Assembly: GCA_963619035.1 (NCBI GenBank)
Contig: CAVEUC010000004.1
Coordinates: forward strand, 422 to 64,421
Source: Lachnospiraceae bacterium GAM79
GTDB taxonomy: Bacteria; Bacillota_I; Bacilli_A; RFN20; CAG-826
Reading direction: 5' to 3'
Length of the DNA: 64,000 nucleotides
Shown here: piece after piece, positions 53,582-62,744 of the stretch
Layout of the letters: every line of letters starts with the position of its first letter
Position numbering within the stretch: position 1 is the stretch's first letter
The notes under the pieces: model-generated
The model's database searches: none
What the model saw: only the letters and a program-made list of their open reading frames with translations
Told to the model about the DNA's origin: nothing
Made by a program: the position numbers and the translations under genes

Positions 53582-55084
53582 TTAAAAACTCCTTCCCCTA
53601 ATATCATTAACTTCTCTAATTAAAGCTTGGAAAATGACAAATATTTCTAAACGTCCAAAAAACATTCCAACCATCATAATCCAAAGAACACCTGCTGGAG
53701 CAGTAGGTCCTAAAATCCCTACACCTAAACCAACACCAGCTAAAGCACTTGAAAATTCAAACATCGAATCTCCTAAAGGGTAACCCATACAAGTTAAAGC
53801 GAATGAGCCAAAGAAAAATAAAACTATATAAACCAATATGAAAGACATTACGCTAATAGATTCTTGTCTATCGATTTCAACATAATTTCCGTTTCTTAAA
53901 TAAAAATGAGTTCTAACAAGTTTTCTATTTTTCATTCTATCTAATAATCCATACCACATAGATTTTAAACTAACTACTACTCTATAAATTTTAATACCAC
54001 CAGCAGTAGAACCACTGCAACCACCAATTAACATAAAAATAATTAAGAAAGCATAGAAATTATAAGGCAAAGTGTGACTTGCATAACTTCCTAAATTAAC
54101 ATTAGCAAATCCCGTTGTAGTAATAGCGCTTATAATTTGAAAGCCAGAAACTCTAATACAATCCCAATAATTATTAAAATCATAATTCGGATCGCCAATT
54201 CCACTATTTTTAAATAAGAATAAAGCACCTAAAGGAATACAAAAAACTAATACAAAAAATAAAAATCTAACTTCACTATCAAATATTACGTTTTTAAATT
54301 TACCTTTAAAGAATGATAAATGAATCATGAAACTTGTTGATCCTAAAATCATTAATATACAAACAATAACTTCAGCCCATATATTGTTAAATGTCTCAAT
54401 ACTTTCTTTAGTAGTTGCAAATCCTCCAGTTGAAACGCTTGCAATTGATGTATTTAATGCATGAAATGGTTCAATTCCACATATTATTAATAGGATTGTA
54501 CCAATTAAAATAAACATAAAATAAAATAAGAAAATAACTCTAGCAGTTTTAGCTAAAGTAGGAAGTAATCTATCAGTATGACCTTCAGCATTAAATAATC
54601 TTAAACCAAATTTATCTGAAATAGCACAACTTACTATTAAAACTAATCCTACTCCACCGACAAATAACATAATGCTTCTATAAAACAAGAATATATTTGG
54701 AGTGTTTTCAATCTTTAAAATAGAAAAACCAGCTGTAGCATATCCGCTTGTTGCTTCAAATAAACATTGAGAAAAAGAATTTTCACCTTTTAATAAAAAA
54801 GGAAAACTAGATATAAAAATCGCTAAAAGCCATAAACATACTACAAATACAGAATCTTGATGTTTCTCCAAATTTATCTTTTCACATTTTCTAAATAGCA
54901 AAAATAGAAAATATCCTATAACTACACTTCCAATTGCAGGAATTAAAAAGCAATGTAAATATATAACTTCATCAGGATAAAAAAACAAAATCAAGGTTGG
55001 AATTAATATAATTACGCCTATAAAAATCATAAATAGTGATAAATAATAGGCTATCAATTTATAACCGTTTTTTACACTATTCAT
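53582..55084 (-). CDS. TrkH/KtrB-family potassium uptake membrane subunit
   Basis: 500 aa, polytopic, with repeated selectivity-filter-like TTTGF/STGGF/SGYATAGF loops. Confidence 0.85.
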   Translation of the reverse strand: MNSVKNGYKLIAYYLSLFMIFIGVIILIPTLILFFYPDEVIYLHCFLIPAIGSVVIGYFLFLLFRKCEKINLEKHQDSVFVVCLWLLAIFISSFPFLLKGENSFSQCLFEATSGYATAGFSILKIENTPNIFLFYRSIMLFVGGVGLVLIVSCAISDKFGLRLFNAEGHTDRLLPTLAKTARVIFLFYFMFILIGTILLIICGIEPFHALNTSIASVSTGGFATTKESIETFNNIWAEVIVCILMILGSTSFMIHLSFFKGKFKNVIFDSEVRFLFFVLVFCIPLGALFLFKNSGIGDPNYDFNNYWDCIRVSGFQIISAITTTGFANVNLGSYASHTLPYNFYAFLIIFMLIGGCSGSTAGGIKIYRVVVSLKSMWYGLLDRMKNRKLVRTHFYLRNGNYVEIDRQESISVMSFILVYIVLFFFGSFALTCMGYPLGDSMFEFSSALAGVGLGVGILGPTAPAGVLWIMMVGMFFGRLEIFVIFQALIREVNDIRGRSF

Positions 55085-55086
55085 AC

Positions 55087-55752
55087 CTATTCACCTTTTT
55101 TAGAAATCAATTCAATAATTTTCTTTTGGTCTTCTTTTGTGGATACAAATAAGACCTTATCGTTAGCGCAGAGTTTAGTATCACCTTTAGGGATAATTAC
55201 ATGAGGATATCTATATACACAGCTAACACTGACGTAATCTGGTAATCTGATTTCCTTTAAAGTTTTATCACAAACTAAAAATTCTTTTTGAATCTTTATT
55301 TCAGAAATACAAATTTTATCATCTTCTAAAGATAATGTTTTGATTAAATCTTCAACACTACTTTGATTTTTAATTGATTCAGCTAATAAATAAGTACTAG
55401 ATATTACAGAATCGATCCCTAAACGTTTAAAAAGTTCGACGTTTTTAGGGTTAATTACAGTAGCAATGCATTTTCTTACATTAAAAATCTTTCTTGCCAT
55501 TCTACAAGATACATAACTTACAACATCGTTTGAAGCTAATGAAATAAATAAATCAGCATTATCGATTTGAGCACATTTTAAATCGTATTCTTTAGTAGAA
55601 TTTCCACAAAAAATATCAACTTTATTTTTTCTGCTTAAATATTTACAAAAATCAGGATCTTCATTAATTACAATCAATTGATTTTCTTTTGATTTATACA
55701 TGCTAATTAAATAATCAGCTTCATGTCTACCATCTGCAATAACAATCTTCAT
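55087..55752 (-). CDS. RCK (TrkA/KtrA-like) protein with a degenerate nucleotide-binding motif
   Basis: 221 aa with RCK_N plus RCK_C length and layout. The N-terminus reads IVIADGRHEADYL instead of GxGxxG. Confidence 0.7.
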   Translation of the reverse strand: MKIVIADGRHEADYLISMYKSKENQLIVINEDPDFCKYLSRKNKVDIFCGNSTKEYDLKCAQIDNADLFISLASNDVVSYVSCRMARKIFNVRKCIATVINPKNVELFKRLGIDSVISSTYLLAESIKNQSSVEDLIKTLSLEDDKICISEIKIQKEFLVCDKTLKEIRLPDYVSVSCVYRYPHVIIPKGDTKLCANDKVLFVSTKEDQKKIIELISKKGE

Positions 55753-55760
55753 AATTTAAT

Positions 55761-56207
55761 TTAATCTCCGTTATACATACTATAAAATTTTTCAACTGAT
55801 AATAAGAATGGGCAAATAGCTTTAATTCTTGTACCATCAAGTAATTTAACTTTATTAGAATCATTTAATCTTATAAAAATCTTATTAATGTTATAAACAT
55901 TTAAACATACATCAGCAAGGTAAAGATTAGTATTATCATCTTCTGTTGTGATGATTACCATATCACATTTTTCGATACCATTACTTTCTAAAACTGATAA
56001 GTCAGTAGCATCTCCAACATCTGTAAAACCTTGGAAGTCATCATCTAATTTAGCTAAAGATTCTTTATCTTTATCTAAAACAGTTACGTTTCTTCCTTCA
56101 TTTTGTAAAGATATTGCAATCCACGCACCTAATCTACCAGCACCTATAATAAGTACTCCGTTTTTTAAAAAACTAACTTTTTCTTTTTTCTTAATTCCAC
56201 TTTTCAT
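55761..56207 (-). CDS. RCK_N-only (TrkA-N) protein with an intact Rossmann motif
   Basis: 148 aa. VLIIGAGRLGAWIAISL followed by VTVLDKD. Confidence 0.75.
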   Translation of the reverse strand: MKSGIKKKEKVSFLKNGVLIIGAGRLGAWIAISLQNEGRNVTVLDKDKESLAKLDDDFQGFTDVGDATDLSVLESNGIEKCDMVIITTEDDNTNLYLADVCLNVYNINKIFIRLNDSNKVKLLDGTRIKAICPFLLSVEKFYSMYNGD

Positions 56208-56214
56208 ATGTGAT

Positions 56215-56223
56215 ATTTTAGCA
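56215..56223 (-). promoter_or_regulatory. Extended -10 box 7 nt upstream of the trkA-N start (leaderless-type)
   Basis: Minus strand TGcTAAAAT, then 7 nt, then ATG at 56207. Confidence 0.45.
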
Positions 56224-56296
56224 TTAATATTTAAAATTATAAACTATGAAAATATTTTAAATAATCATATTATTTATTAACACTAATAAACTTATT

Positions 56297-56305
56297 TGAT
56301 AATAT
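56297..56305 (+). promoter_or_regulatory. Extended -10 box 7 nt upstream of the histidine phosphatase start (leaderless-type)
   Basis: TGaTAATAT, then 7 nt, then ATG at 56313. Confidence 0.45.
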
Positions 56306-56312
56306 TAAGTAT

Positions 56313-57044
56313 ATGAAAATAATGATTATTAGACATGGTGATCCAGATTACCCAAACAACACATTAACAAAGACAGGATTTATAGAAGCGGAAGCATTAG
56401 GAGATTATTATAAAGATTATAAGTTTAAAAAAGTATATTGCTCTCCATTAAATAGAGCTAAATTTACTTGTGATGGATTGTTACAAAATAATAATTTTAA
56501 TAAAGATGATGTAAAAATTAATGATCGGTTACAAGAATTTAATTATCCAATAACTGAACCAGTATTAAAAATAAAGAAAAATAGTTGGGATTTCTTCCCT
56601 GATTATTTTACAAATAATAAAAATCTATATAATAACGATACCTATTTGGATGATTCAATATTTAAAGATTCAGAAATTAAAAATAAATACAATGAAGTCA
56701 TTTTTAATCTTGATAATATATTAAAAGAAGAGGGATATCATAGGGAAAATGGTTATTATAGAGTAACAAAAGTAAATAGAGATACTATCGTTTTTGTATG
56801 TCATTTAGGGATGATGAATGTATTATTATCACATCTATTAAATATTCCTTACGTGGTTTTATGTCAAACTTTCTTCTGTCCTCCAACAGGAGTAACTTTA
56901 TTAAATAGTGAAGAAAGAATTAAAGGTATAGCTCAATTTAGATGCGAAGTGTATGGCGATGTTTCACATTTAAAAGTTAAGAATCTACCAACATCTTTTT
57001 CAGGAAGATTTTGTGAAGTTTTTGATGACGAAACTAGACATTAA
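56313..57044 (+). CDS. Histidine phosphatase family (phosphoglycerate mutase-like) protein
   Basis: N-terminal MIIRHGDPDY (RHG catalytic motif) and a later CHLG block. Confidence 0.8.
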   Translation: MKIMIIRHGDPDYPNNTLTKTGFIEAEALGDYYKDYKFKKVYCSPLNRAKFTCDGLLQNNNFNKDDVKINDRLQEFNYPITEPVLKIKKNSWDFFPDYFTNNKNLYNNDTYLDDSIFKDSEIKNKYNEVIFNLDNILKEEGYHRENGYYRVTKVNRDTIVFVCHLGMMNVLLSHLLNIPYVVLCQTFFCPPTGVTLLNSEERIKGIAQFRCEVYGDVSHLKVKNLPTSFSGRFCEVFDDETRH

Positions 57045-57049
57045 TCATT

Positions 57050-57078
57050 AAAAAAGGTATGATTTCTCATACCTTTTT
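57050..57078. terminator. Bidirectional rho-independent terminator
   Basis: AAAAAGGTATGA-tttc-TCATACCTTTTT between convergent genes. Confidence 0.75.
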
Positions 57079-57098
57079 AATTTATTCATTAAATATTT

Positions 57099-58280
57099 TT
57101 AGAATTTATATGGTGTGTTATAGTAACAGCATTTAAATAATTCCATCATCTTTTCATCATCGATAGGATTTGGATTACTTCCTGTACAAGCATCTAAAAC
57201 TGCATTATGTGCAAATGTTGGAAGTTTTTCATTAAATTCTTCTTCTAAAACACCGAATTCTTTCATTGAATGAGGAATTCCAAGTAAAGTATTTAATTCA
57301 TGAATTCTATTAATTAAACCTTGAACTTGTTCATGTGCATCTTTACCTTGGATACCAAGTCCTTGAGCGATTTGAGCATATCTTTCAAGTGCTTCTTTAT
57401 TATTTGCATTATATTCAATAACATGAGGAAGATACATTGCGTTAGCACATCCATGAGGAATATGACCAGTTGAGAAAACTGCACCAGTTTTATGAGCCAT
57501 ACTATGTGTGATACCAAGTAAAGCATTTGAGAAAGCCATACCTGCTAAACATTGTGCATAGTGCATCTCTTCTCTTCCTTTACCCATTGGATTATTAAAT
57601 GAGTCAACTAAATATGTATTAATCATTTTAATTGCTTTATCAGCTAAAGGATCTGTAAAATCAGTATGTAATGTAGAAACATAAGCTTCTATAGCATGAG
57701 TCATTGCGTCCATTCCAGTATATGCAACTTGTTTTGTAGGTAAACTACGGACGATATCAGGATCGACAATAGCTACATCTGGAGTAATTTCAAAATCTGC
57801 TAAAGGATATTTAATACCTTTTTTATAATCTGTAATAACTGAGAAAGCTGTAACTTCAGTTGCTGTACCACTTGTTGAAGGGATTGCACAGAAATGAGCT
57901 TTTGTTCTTAATTTAGGGAAATTAAATGGAGTAACTAAATCTTCAAAAGTAACTGAAGGATATTCGTAGAATGCCCACATAGCTTTAGCAGCATCAATTG
58001 GTGAACCTCCACCAATTGCAACAATCCAATCAGGACCAAATTTTGACATTGCTGCAGCACCTCTCATAACTGTATCGATTGATGGATCTGGTTCAACTCC
58101 ATCAAATACTTGAACTTCCATTCCTGCTTCTTCAAGTGCTTTAACTGTTTTATCAAGGAAACCACTAGCTTTCATAGAATGTCCACCAGTGACGACAATT
58201 GCTTTATGTCCTTTTAACGTTTTAAGTTCGGAGATAGCTCCAGAACCATAATATAAATCTCTTGGTAATGTAAATCTCAT
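57099..58280 (-). CDS. Iron-containing (group III) alcohol dehydrogenase
   Basis: 393 aa with GGGSPIDAAK and the metal-ligand histidine blocks (DAMTHAIEAY, HSMAHK, PHG). Confidence 0.9.
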   Translation of the reverse strand: MRFTLPRDLYYGSGAISELKTLKGHKAIVVTGGHSMKASGFLDKTVKALEEAGMEVQVFDGVEPDPSIDTVMRGAAAMSKFGPDWIVAIGGGSPIDAAKAMWAFYEYPSVTFEDLVTPFNFPKLRTKAHFCAIPSTSGTATEVTAFSVITDYKKGIKYPLADFEITPDVAIVDPDIVRSLPTKQVAYTGMDAMTHAIEAYVSTLHTDFTDPLADKAIKMINTYLVDSFNNPMGKGREEMHYAQCLAGMAFSNALLGITHSMAHKTGAVFSTGHIPHGCANAMYLPHVIEYNANNKEALERYAQIAQGLGIQGKDAHEQVQGLINRIHELNTLLGIPHSMKEFGVLEEEFNEKLPTFAHNAVLDACTGSNPNPIDDEKMMELFKCCYYNTPYKF

Positions 58281-58385
58281 ATAGATTCTCCTTTTTATAA
58301 ATTTATTATAACAATGAGTCTTTTAGAATTAAATAAAAAAATAAGTAAATTTATACTGAATTAAGAGAAAAATATACGATATTAC

Positions 58386-58418
58386 TAAAAATAATTACTT
58401 TTCGTTATTGAAAGTAAC
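58386..58418 (-). terminator. Probable coaD terminator
   Basis: Minus strand TTACTTT-caataacga-AAAGTAA followed by TTATTTTT. Confidence 0.45.
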
Positions 58419-58419
58419 A

Positions 58420-58902
58420 TTATAACGATTTATTTCTATACATTTTTACAACAGCGTTAGGTACTAAAGACGAAACATCAACACCGTTATTAAACATTTC
58501 GTTAATCGAACTTGATGAGATAAAAGATGTTTTTTGATGAGCCATAAAAAACACCATCTCTATATTAGAATCGATAAATTCATTAGCAGCAGCTAAAGAC
58601 CATTCATATTCAAAATCACTTACGATTCTTAAACCTCTAATTAAAACATTAGCATTTATTTTTTTACAATAATCTAAAGTTAAACCTGAATAGGAATCAA
58701 CTTCTACGTTATCTAATTTTTCTTCTATTAAAGCTTCTTTAATCATTTTAATTTTTTCATCGTTTGTAAAATGGTATTTCTTATTCTCGTTAATCGAAAC
58801 GAGGACAATAACTTTATCAAAAATTTTTAATGCTCTTTTAATAATATCTAAATGTCCGTTTGTAATTGGATCAAAACTTCCTGGATATACTGCAACTTTC
58901 AT
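58420..58902 (-). CDS. coaD: Pantetheine-phosphate adenylyltransferase
   Basis: VYPGSFDPITNGHLDI signature. 160 aa. Confidence 0.92.
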   Translation of the reverse strand: MKVAVYPGSFDPITNGHLDIIKRALKIFDKVIVLVSINENKKYHFTNDEKIKMIKEALIEEKLDNVEVDSYSGLTLDYCKKINANVLIRGLRIVSDFEYEWSLAAANEFIDSNIEMVFFMAHQKTSFISSSSINEMFNNGVDVSSLVPNAVVKMYRNKSL

Positions 58903-58903
58903 A

Positions 58904-59449
58904 TTAATAACTCCTTAAAATATAAACATATGTCTTTCCGTATTTTAATTCTTTAATTTTATAATCTACTACTTCTTTATAATCTAACTTATAATCAGTT
59001 TCTAATATTATTATATGATTTTCTTTTAAGATATTGTAAGACTTTAATAATTCAATACAATTAAAATCAAAATGCATTTTATATGGAGGATCTAAAAAAA
59101 CAATATTAAATGCCAACTCTTTTTGTTTTAAAATACTTAAAGCATCTAAATAATCTTTATTAATTAAATTTATATCTTCAATATTTAACGCATCCAAATT
59201 TTCTTTAATAATTTTATAAGCTTCTTTATCGAGCTCATTAATATAAACTTTATTTGCACCTCTACTATAAGCTTCAATTCCACAAGCTCCAGACCCACCA
59301 AATAAATCTAAAAACGAAGAATCTTTTATTGAATCACCTAAACTAGAAAATAGTCCTTCTCTTACAGAATCTTTCGTGCACCTTGTCGTATCTAAACTTG
59401 GTTGCTTTAATACTCTATGTCTATATTTTCCACCAATTATCCTAATCAT
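58904..59449 (-). CDS. rsmD: 16S rRNA (guanine966-N2)-methyltransferase
   Basis: FLDLFGGSGACGIEA SAM motif and DPPY. It lies upstream of coaD, as in B. subtilis ylbH-coaD. Confidence 0.88.
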   Translation of the reverse strand: MIRIIGGKYRHRVLKQPSLDTTRCTKDSVREGLFSSLGDSIKDSSFLDLFGGSGACGIEAYSRGANKVYINELDKEAYKIIKENLDALNIEDINLINKDYLDALSILKQKELAFNIVFLDPPYKMHFDFNCIELLKSYNILKENHIIILETDYKLDYKEVVDYKIKELKYGKTYVYILRSY

Positions 59450-59783
59450 TTATGACTCCAAAAACTTCTTTATTTATGCTATCTAAAATTTCATTATATT
59501 TTTTTAAAGCTTCGTTATAATTAATAACTTTTTCTTTACTATTAATTTCTTTTATAATTTCAGATATTTTTTTGTTAATTAAAAGAATTTCTTTACTATT
59601 TTTATCATATATTTTACTAAAATCTTCATATTCTAAAATAAGCATATCTTTTTTATAGCATAACAATTGAATTTCACTATCATTTTCCATCTCAAATGTA
59701 GCTTTTTCTAATTCTAAATACTCACTAGATTTTTTAATATCTTCTCTTAATTTATCTATTTTTTTAATCAGTTCTAAATTCAT
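59442..59783 (-). CDS. YlbF/YmcA-like small helical protein
   Basis: 113 aa and coiled-coil rich. Its position upstream of rsmD-coaD mirrors B. subtilis ylbF. The sequence evidence is weak. Confidence 0.45.
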   Translation of the reverse strand: MNLELIKKIDKLREDIKKSSEYLELEKATFEMENDSEIQLLCYKKDMLILEYEDFSKIYDKNSKEILLINKKISEIIKEINSKEKVINYNEALKKYNEILDSINKEVFGVIND

Positions 59784-59789
59784 AAAATA

Positions 59790-59798
59790 ATTTTATCA
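59790..59798 (-). promoter_or_regulatory. Extended -10 box 6 nt upstream of the ylbF-like start (leaderless-type)
   Basis: Minus strand TGaTAAAAT, then 6 nt, then ATG at 59783. Confidence 0.45.
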
Positions 59799-59851
59799 TA
59801 TTTTAATTAATTTTTATTAGTCTTTTACTTTAAGAAATCATTAATTTTATT

Positions 59852-59857
59852 TATAAT
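59852..59857 (+). promoter_or_regulatory. -10 box 6 nt upstream of the def start (leaderless-type)
   Basis: TATAAT, then 6 nt, then ATG at 59864. Confidence 0.45.
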
Positions 59858-59863
59858 AAAACT

Positions 59864-60415
59864 ATGAGAATTTTTAAAATAGTAAAAGATAAAGAAAAAT
59901 CAATTAGAGAACGTTCAGTAGATGTAACTTTTCCAATAAACGAAGACCTTAAAAAGACAATGTTTGATATGCTTGAATATTTAAAATTATCACAAGATGA
60001 AGAATTTGCTAAACTTCATAATATTCGAGCTGGTGTTGGTATTGCTGCTCCTCAAATAGGAATCAATCAAAATTTTTTAGCGATTTATTACATTGACGAT
60101 AACAACAAAGAAAAACAATATATATTGGTTAATCCAAAAATAGTAAGCGAATCATGTAAATTAGCTTATATTTCAAGTGGAGAAGGCTGTTTAAGTGTAG
60201 ATAACGAGCATCCTGGATACGTTTATAGACCTTATAAAGTGAAAGTAAAAGCTTACGATTTATTGAAGGAAAAAGATGTTGAATACGCTTTTGTAGGATT
60301 TGGATCTATGTGTGTTCAACATGAAATAGATCATTTAAAAGGTATTCTTTTTTATGACCACATTGACAAAGTCAATCCGTTTAAAGAAGATCCAAATGCC
60401 GTTAAAATTTATTAG
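59864..60415 (+). CDS. def: Peptide deformylase
   Basis: The three motifs are GVGIAAPQIG, EGCLS and QHEIDHL. Confidence 0.92.
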   Translation: MRIFKIVKDKEKSIRERSVDVTFPINEDLKKTMFDMLEYLKLSQDEEFAKLHNIRAGVGIAAPQIGINQNFLAIYYIDDNNKEKQYILVNPKIVSESCKLAYISSGEGCLSVDNEHPGYVYRPYKVKVKAYDLLKEKDVEYAFVGFGSMCVQHEIDHLKGILFYDHIDKVNPFKEDPNAVKIY

Positions 60416-60498
60416 TTGTTTGATTTAACTTTTTTAGTTATAATTATTTAGATTTTTAAAAAGAAATAAGAGATCATATGTAGAAGGTGGTGTTTTTT

Positions 60499-62181
60499 AT
60501 GGGAACAAAAATTAACAATTCAGTTAAAATTTATGCTTTAGGTGGTTTAGGTGAAGTAGGTAAAAATACCTATTGTTTAGAAAGCGAAAATCACTTAATT
60601 ATTATCGATGCAGGTGTTAAATTTCCTGAAGATGATTTAGTTGGTGTAGACTATGTTATTCCTAATTATCAACATTTAAAAGATAATCAAAATAAGATTA
60701 GAGCATTATTTATTACTCATGGTCATGAAGACCATATTGGAGCAATTCCATTTTTAGCTAAATCAATAAAAATACCTGTAATTTATGCTCCTAGATTAGC
60801 TGCTGCTTTAATTAAACAAAAATTAGAGGATCAAAAAATTAGAGAAAAAATCAATATAGTAGAATATGATGAAAATTCAGTTATTAAAGCAGGTGATTTT
60901 TCTGTTAGTTTCTTTAGAGTTACTCATTCAATTCCTGATTCATTCGGAATTTGTGTCGATACAACAGAAGGAAGAGTTGTAACTACAGGAGATTTTAAAA
61001 TTGATTTAACTCCCGTTGGACCTGATATTCAAATTCATAAAATGGCAGAAATCGGAGAACAAGGCGTAGATTTATTATTAGCTGATTCAACTAACGCTGA
61101 AAAAGAAGGATGGACACCAAGTGAAAAGAATGTTTTAAATTCAATTAATGAAATTTTTGATAAAGCTAGCGGAAGACTTATTATCTCTACTTTCTCAAGT
61201 AATATTTCTCGTATTCAACAAATTGTTGATTGCACTTTAAAACACAATAGAAAAATATTAATTATCGGAAGAAGCATGGTTAATACTGTTGAATGTTCAA
61301 GAAAATTTGGTTATATAAAAATTCCTAATAATTGCATTATTGAAGCTAGCGAATTAAAAGCATACAAAGATAATCAAATAGTTATTTTATGTACTGGAAG
61401 CCAAGGTGAACCTATGGCTGCTTTAAGTAGAATCGCTAATGGTACATTAAAAGAAATTAGAATCGTTCCAGGAGATACTGTCGTCTTTTCATCTAGCCCA
61501 ATTCCAGGAAATGGAATCTCAATTTCAAAAGTTGTTAACCAATTAGCTAGAGCTGGAGCTGATGTTATTACTAATTCTATTTTTAGTGATATCCACTCAT
61601 CAGGTCACCCATCTCGTCAAGAATTAAGAATGAACTTAAAATTATTTAAACCAAAATATTTTATGCCTGCTCATGGTGAATATCACATGTTAAAATTACA
61701 CGCTGATATCGCTACAACAGTTGGCGTTCCAAAAGAAAATACATTCGTTTTAGGAAACGGTGATGTTTTAATTCTTGAAGATCATGAAATCGTCGAAGGA
61801 GAGAGAATTTCTGCTGAGGATGTTTATATTGATGGATATGATATCAACGGAGTTTCTACTGCAGTTATTAGAGATAGAAAAATCCTTCAAGATGATGGTA
61901 TGGTAAGTGTTTTACTTTGTTTAAACAGTAAAGAAAATAAATTGGCAGCTCATCCAAAAGTTATCACAATCGGATTTGTAAGTTACGGAACTTATGAAAA
62001 CCATTTAACAAGACACGCATCAATGTTAGTTGAAGAGGCGTTAAATGAATTGTTCTCTAGCAAAAAAGTTACATTTAACGATATTAAAAATACAATCAGA
62101 ACAGTTGTAAGCAAATATTATTATAGAAAAACTCAAAGAAACCCAATGATTATTCCATTGATCATGAACAAGGCTGCTTAA
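60499..62181 (+). CDS. rnj: Ribonuclease J
   Basis: Beta-CASP metallo-beta-lactamase with THGHEDHIG and IYALGGLGEVGKN at the N-terminus. I chose the start at MGTKINN, preceded by GAAGGTGG. Confidence 0.92.
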   Translation: MGTKINNSVKIYALGGLGEVGKNTYCLESENHLIIIDAGVKFPEDDLVGVDYVIPNYQHLKDNQNKIRALFITHGHEDHIGAIPFLAKSIKIPVIYAPRLAAALIKQKLEDQKIREKINIVEYDENSVIKAGDFSVSFFRVTHSIPDSFGICVDTTEGRVVTTGDFKIDLTPVGPDIQIHKMAEIGEQGVDLLLADSTNAEKEGWTPSEKNVLNSINEIFDKASGRLIISTFSSNISRIQQIVDCTLKHNRKILIIGRSMVNTVECSRKFGYIKIPNNCIIEASELKAYKDNQIVILCTGSQGEPMAALSRIANGTLKEIRIVPGDTVVFSSSPIPGNGISISKVVNQLARAGADVITNSIFSDIHSSGHPSRQELRMNLKLFKPKYFMPAHGEYHMLKLHADIATTVGVPKENTFVLGNGDVLILEDHEIVEGERISAEDVYIDGYDINGVSTAVIRDRKILQDDGMVSVLLCLNSKENKLAAHPKVITIGFVSYGTYENHLTRHASMLVEEALNELFSSKKVTFNDIKNTIRTVVSKYYYRKTQRNPMIIPLIMNKAA

Positions 62182-62744
62182 TGGTTATTTTAGCTTCCTC
62201 ATCTCCTAGAAGAAAAGAACTTTTAAAGAAACTATTTAGTGAATTTGCTATTATTTCACCTACTTTTGATGAATCAAAAATTTCTAAAAACGAAAAAAAT
62301 TTAGCAAAAAAAGAAGCTTATTTTAAAGGGCTATCAGTATTAAATTCAGGCGATCATTTTAATGATTTAATTATATCATGCGACACCATCGTTAAACTTA
62401 ATAATAAAGTTTATGGTAAACCAAAAGATAAAGAAGAAGCTAAACAATTTTTAAAAGAATTAAGTGGAAATACACATGAAGTTATAAGTGGATATGCTCT
62501 TTTTTATAAAGGAAAAGTAATTAATAAAGAAACAGTTAGTTATGTAACTTTTAATATTCTTGATGATAAAAAAATAGATGATTATATTAACAATGAATAT
62601 GTTTTAGATAAAGCTGGAGCTTACGCTATTCAAGATGATGATAAATTTGGTTTAATAAGCAAAATAAAAGGAAGTCTTTCTAATATTATTGGACTTCCTA
62701 TTGAAGATATTGAAAAAGAAATTAAGGTATTATTTACCGAGTAA
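62181..62744 (+). CDS. maf: Maf-family nucleoside triphosphate pyrophosphatase
   Basis: ILASSSPRRKELL and the KAGAYAIQ block. Its start overlaps the rnj stop. Confidence 0.9.
   Translation: MVILASSSPRRKELLKKLFSEFAIISPTFDESKISKNEKNLAKKEAYFKGLSVLNSGDHFNDLIISCDTIVKLNNKVYGKPKDKEEAKQFLKELSGNTHEVISGYALFYKGKVINKETVSYVTFNILDDKKIDDYINNEYVLDKAGAYAIQDDDKFGLISKIKGSLSNIIGLPIEDIEKEIKVLFTE

Noticed and set aside
57099-58280. The visibly GC-richer stretches (the Fe-ADH gene, and also nfnAB at 41702-43976 and the P2 ATPase) as horizontally acquired islands.
   Set aside because: The higher GC coincides with highly conserved enzyme cores. It ends at the gene borders without flanking repeats, tRNA-adjacent junctions or mobility genes. 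Selection on amino-acid content explains it adequately. I did not compute GC or codon statistics.
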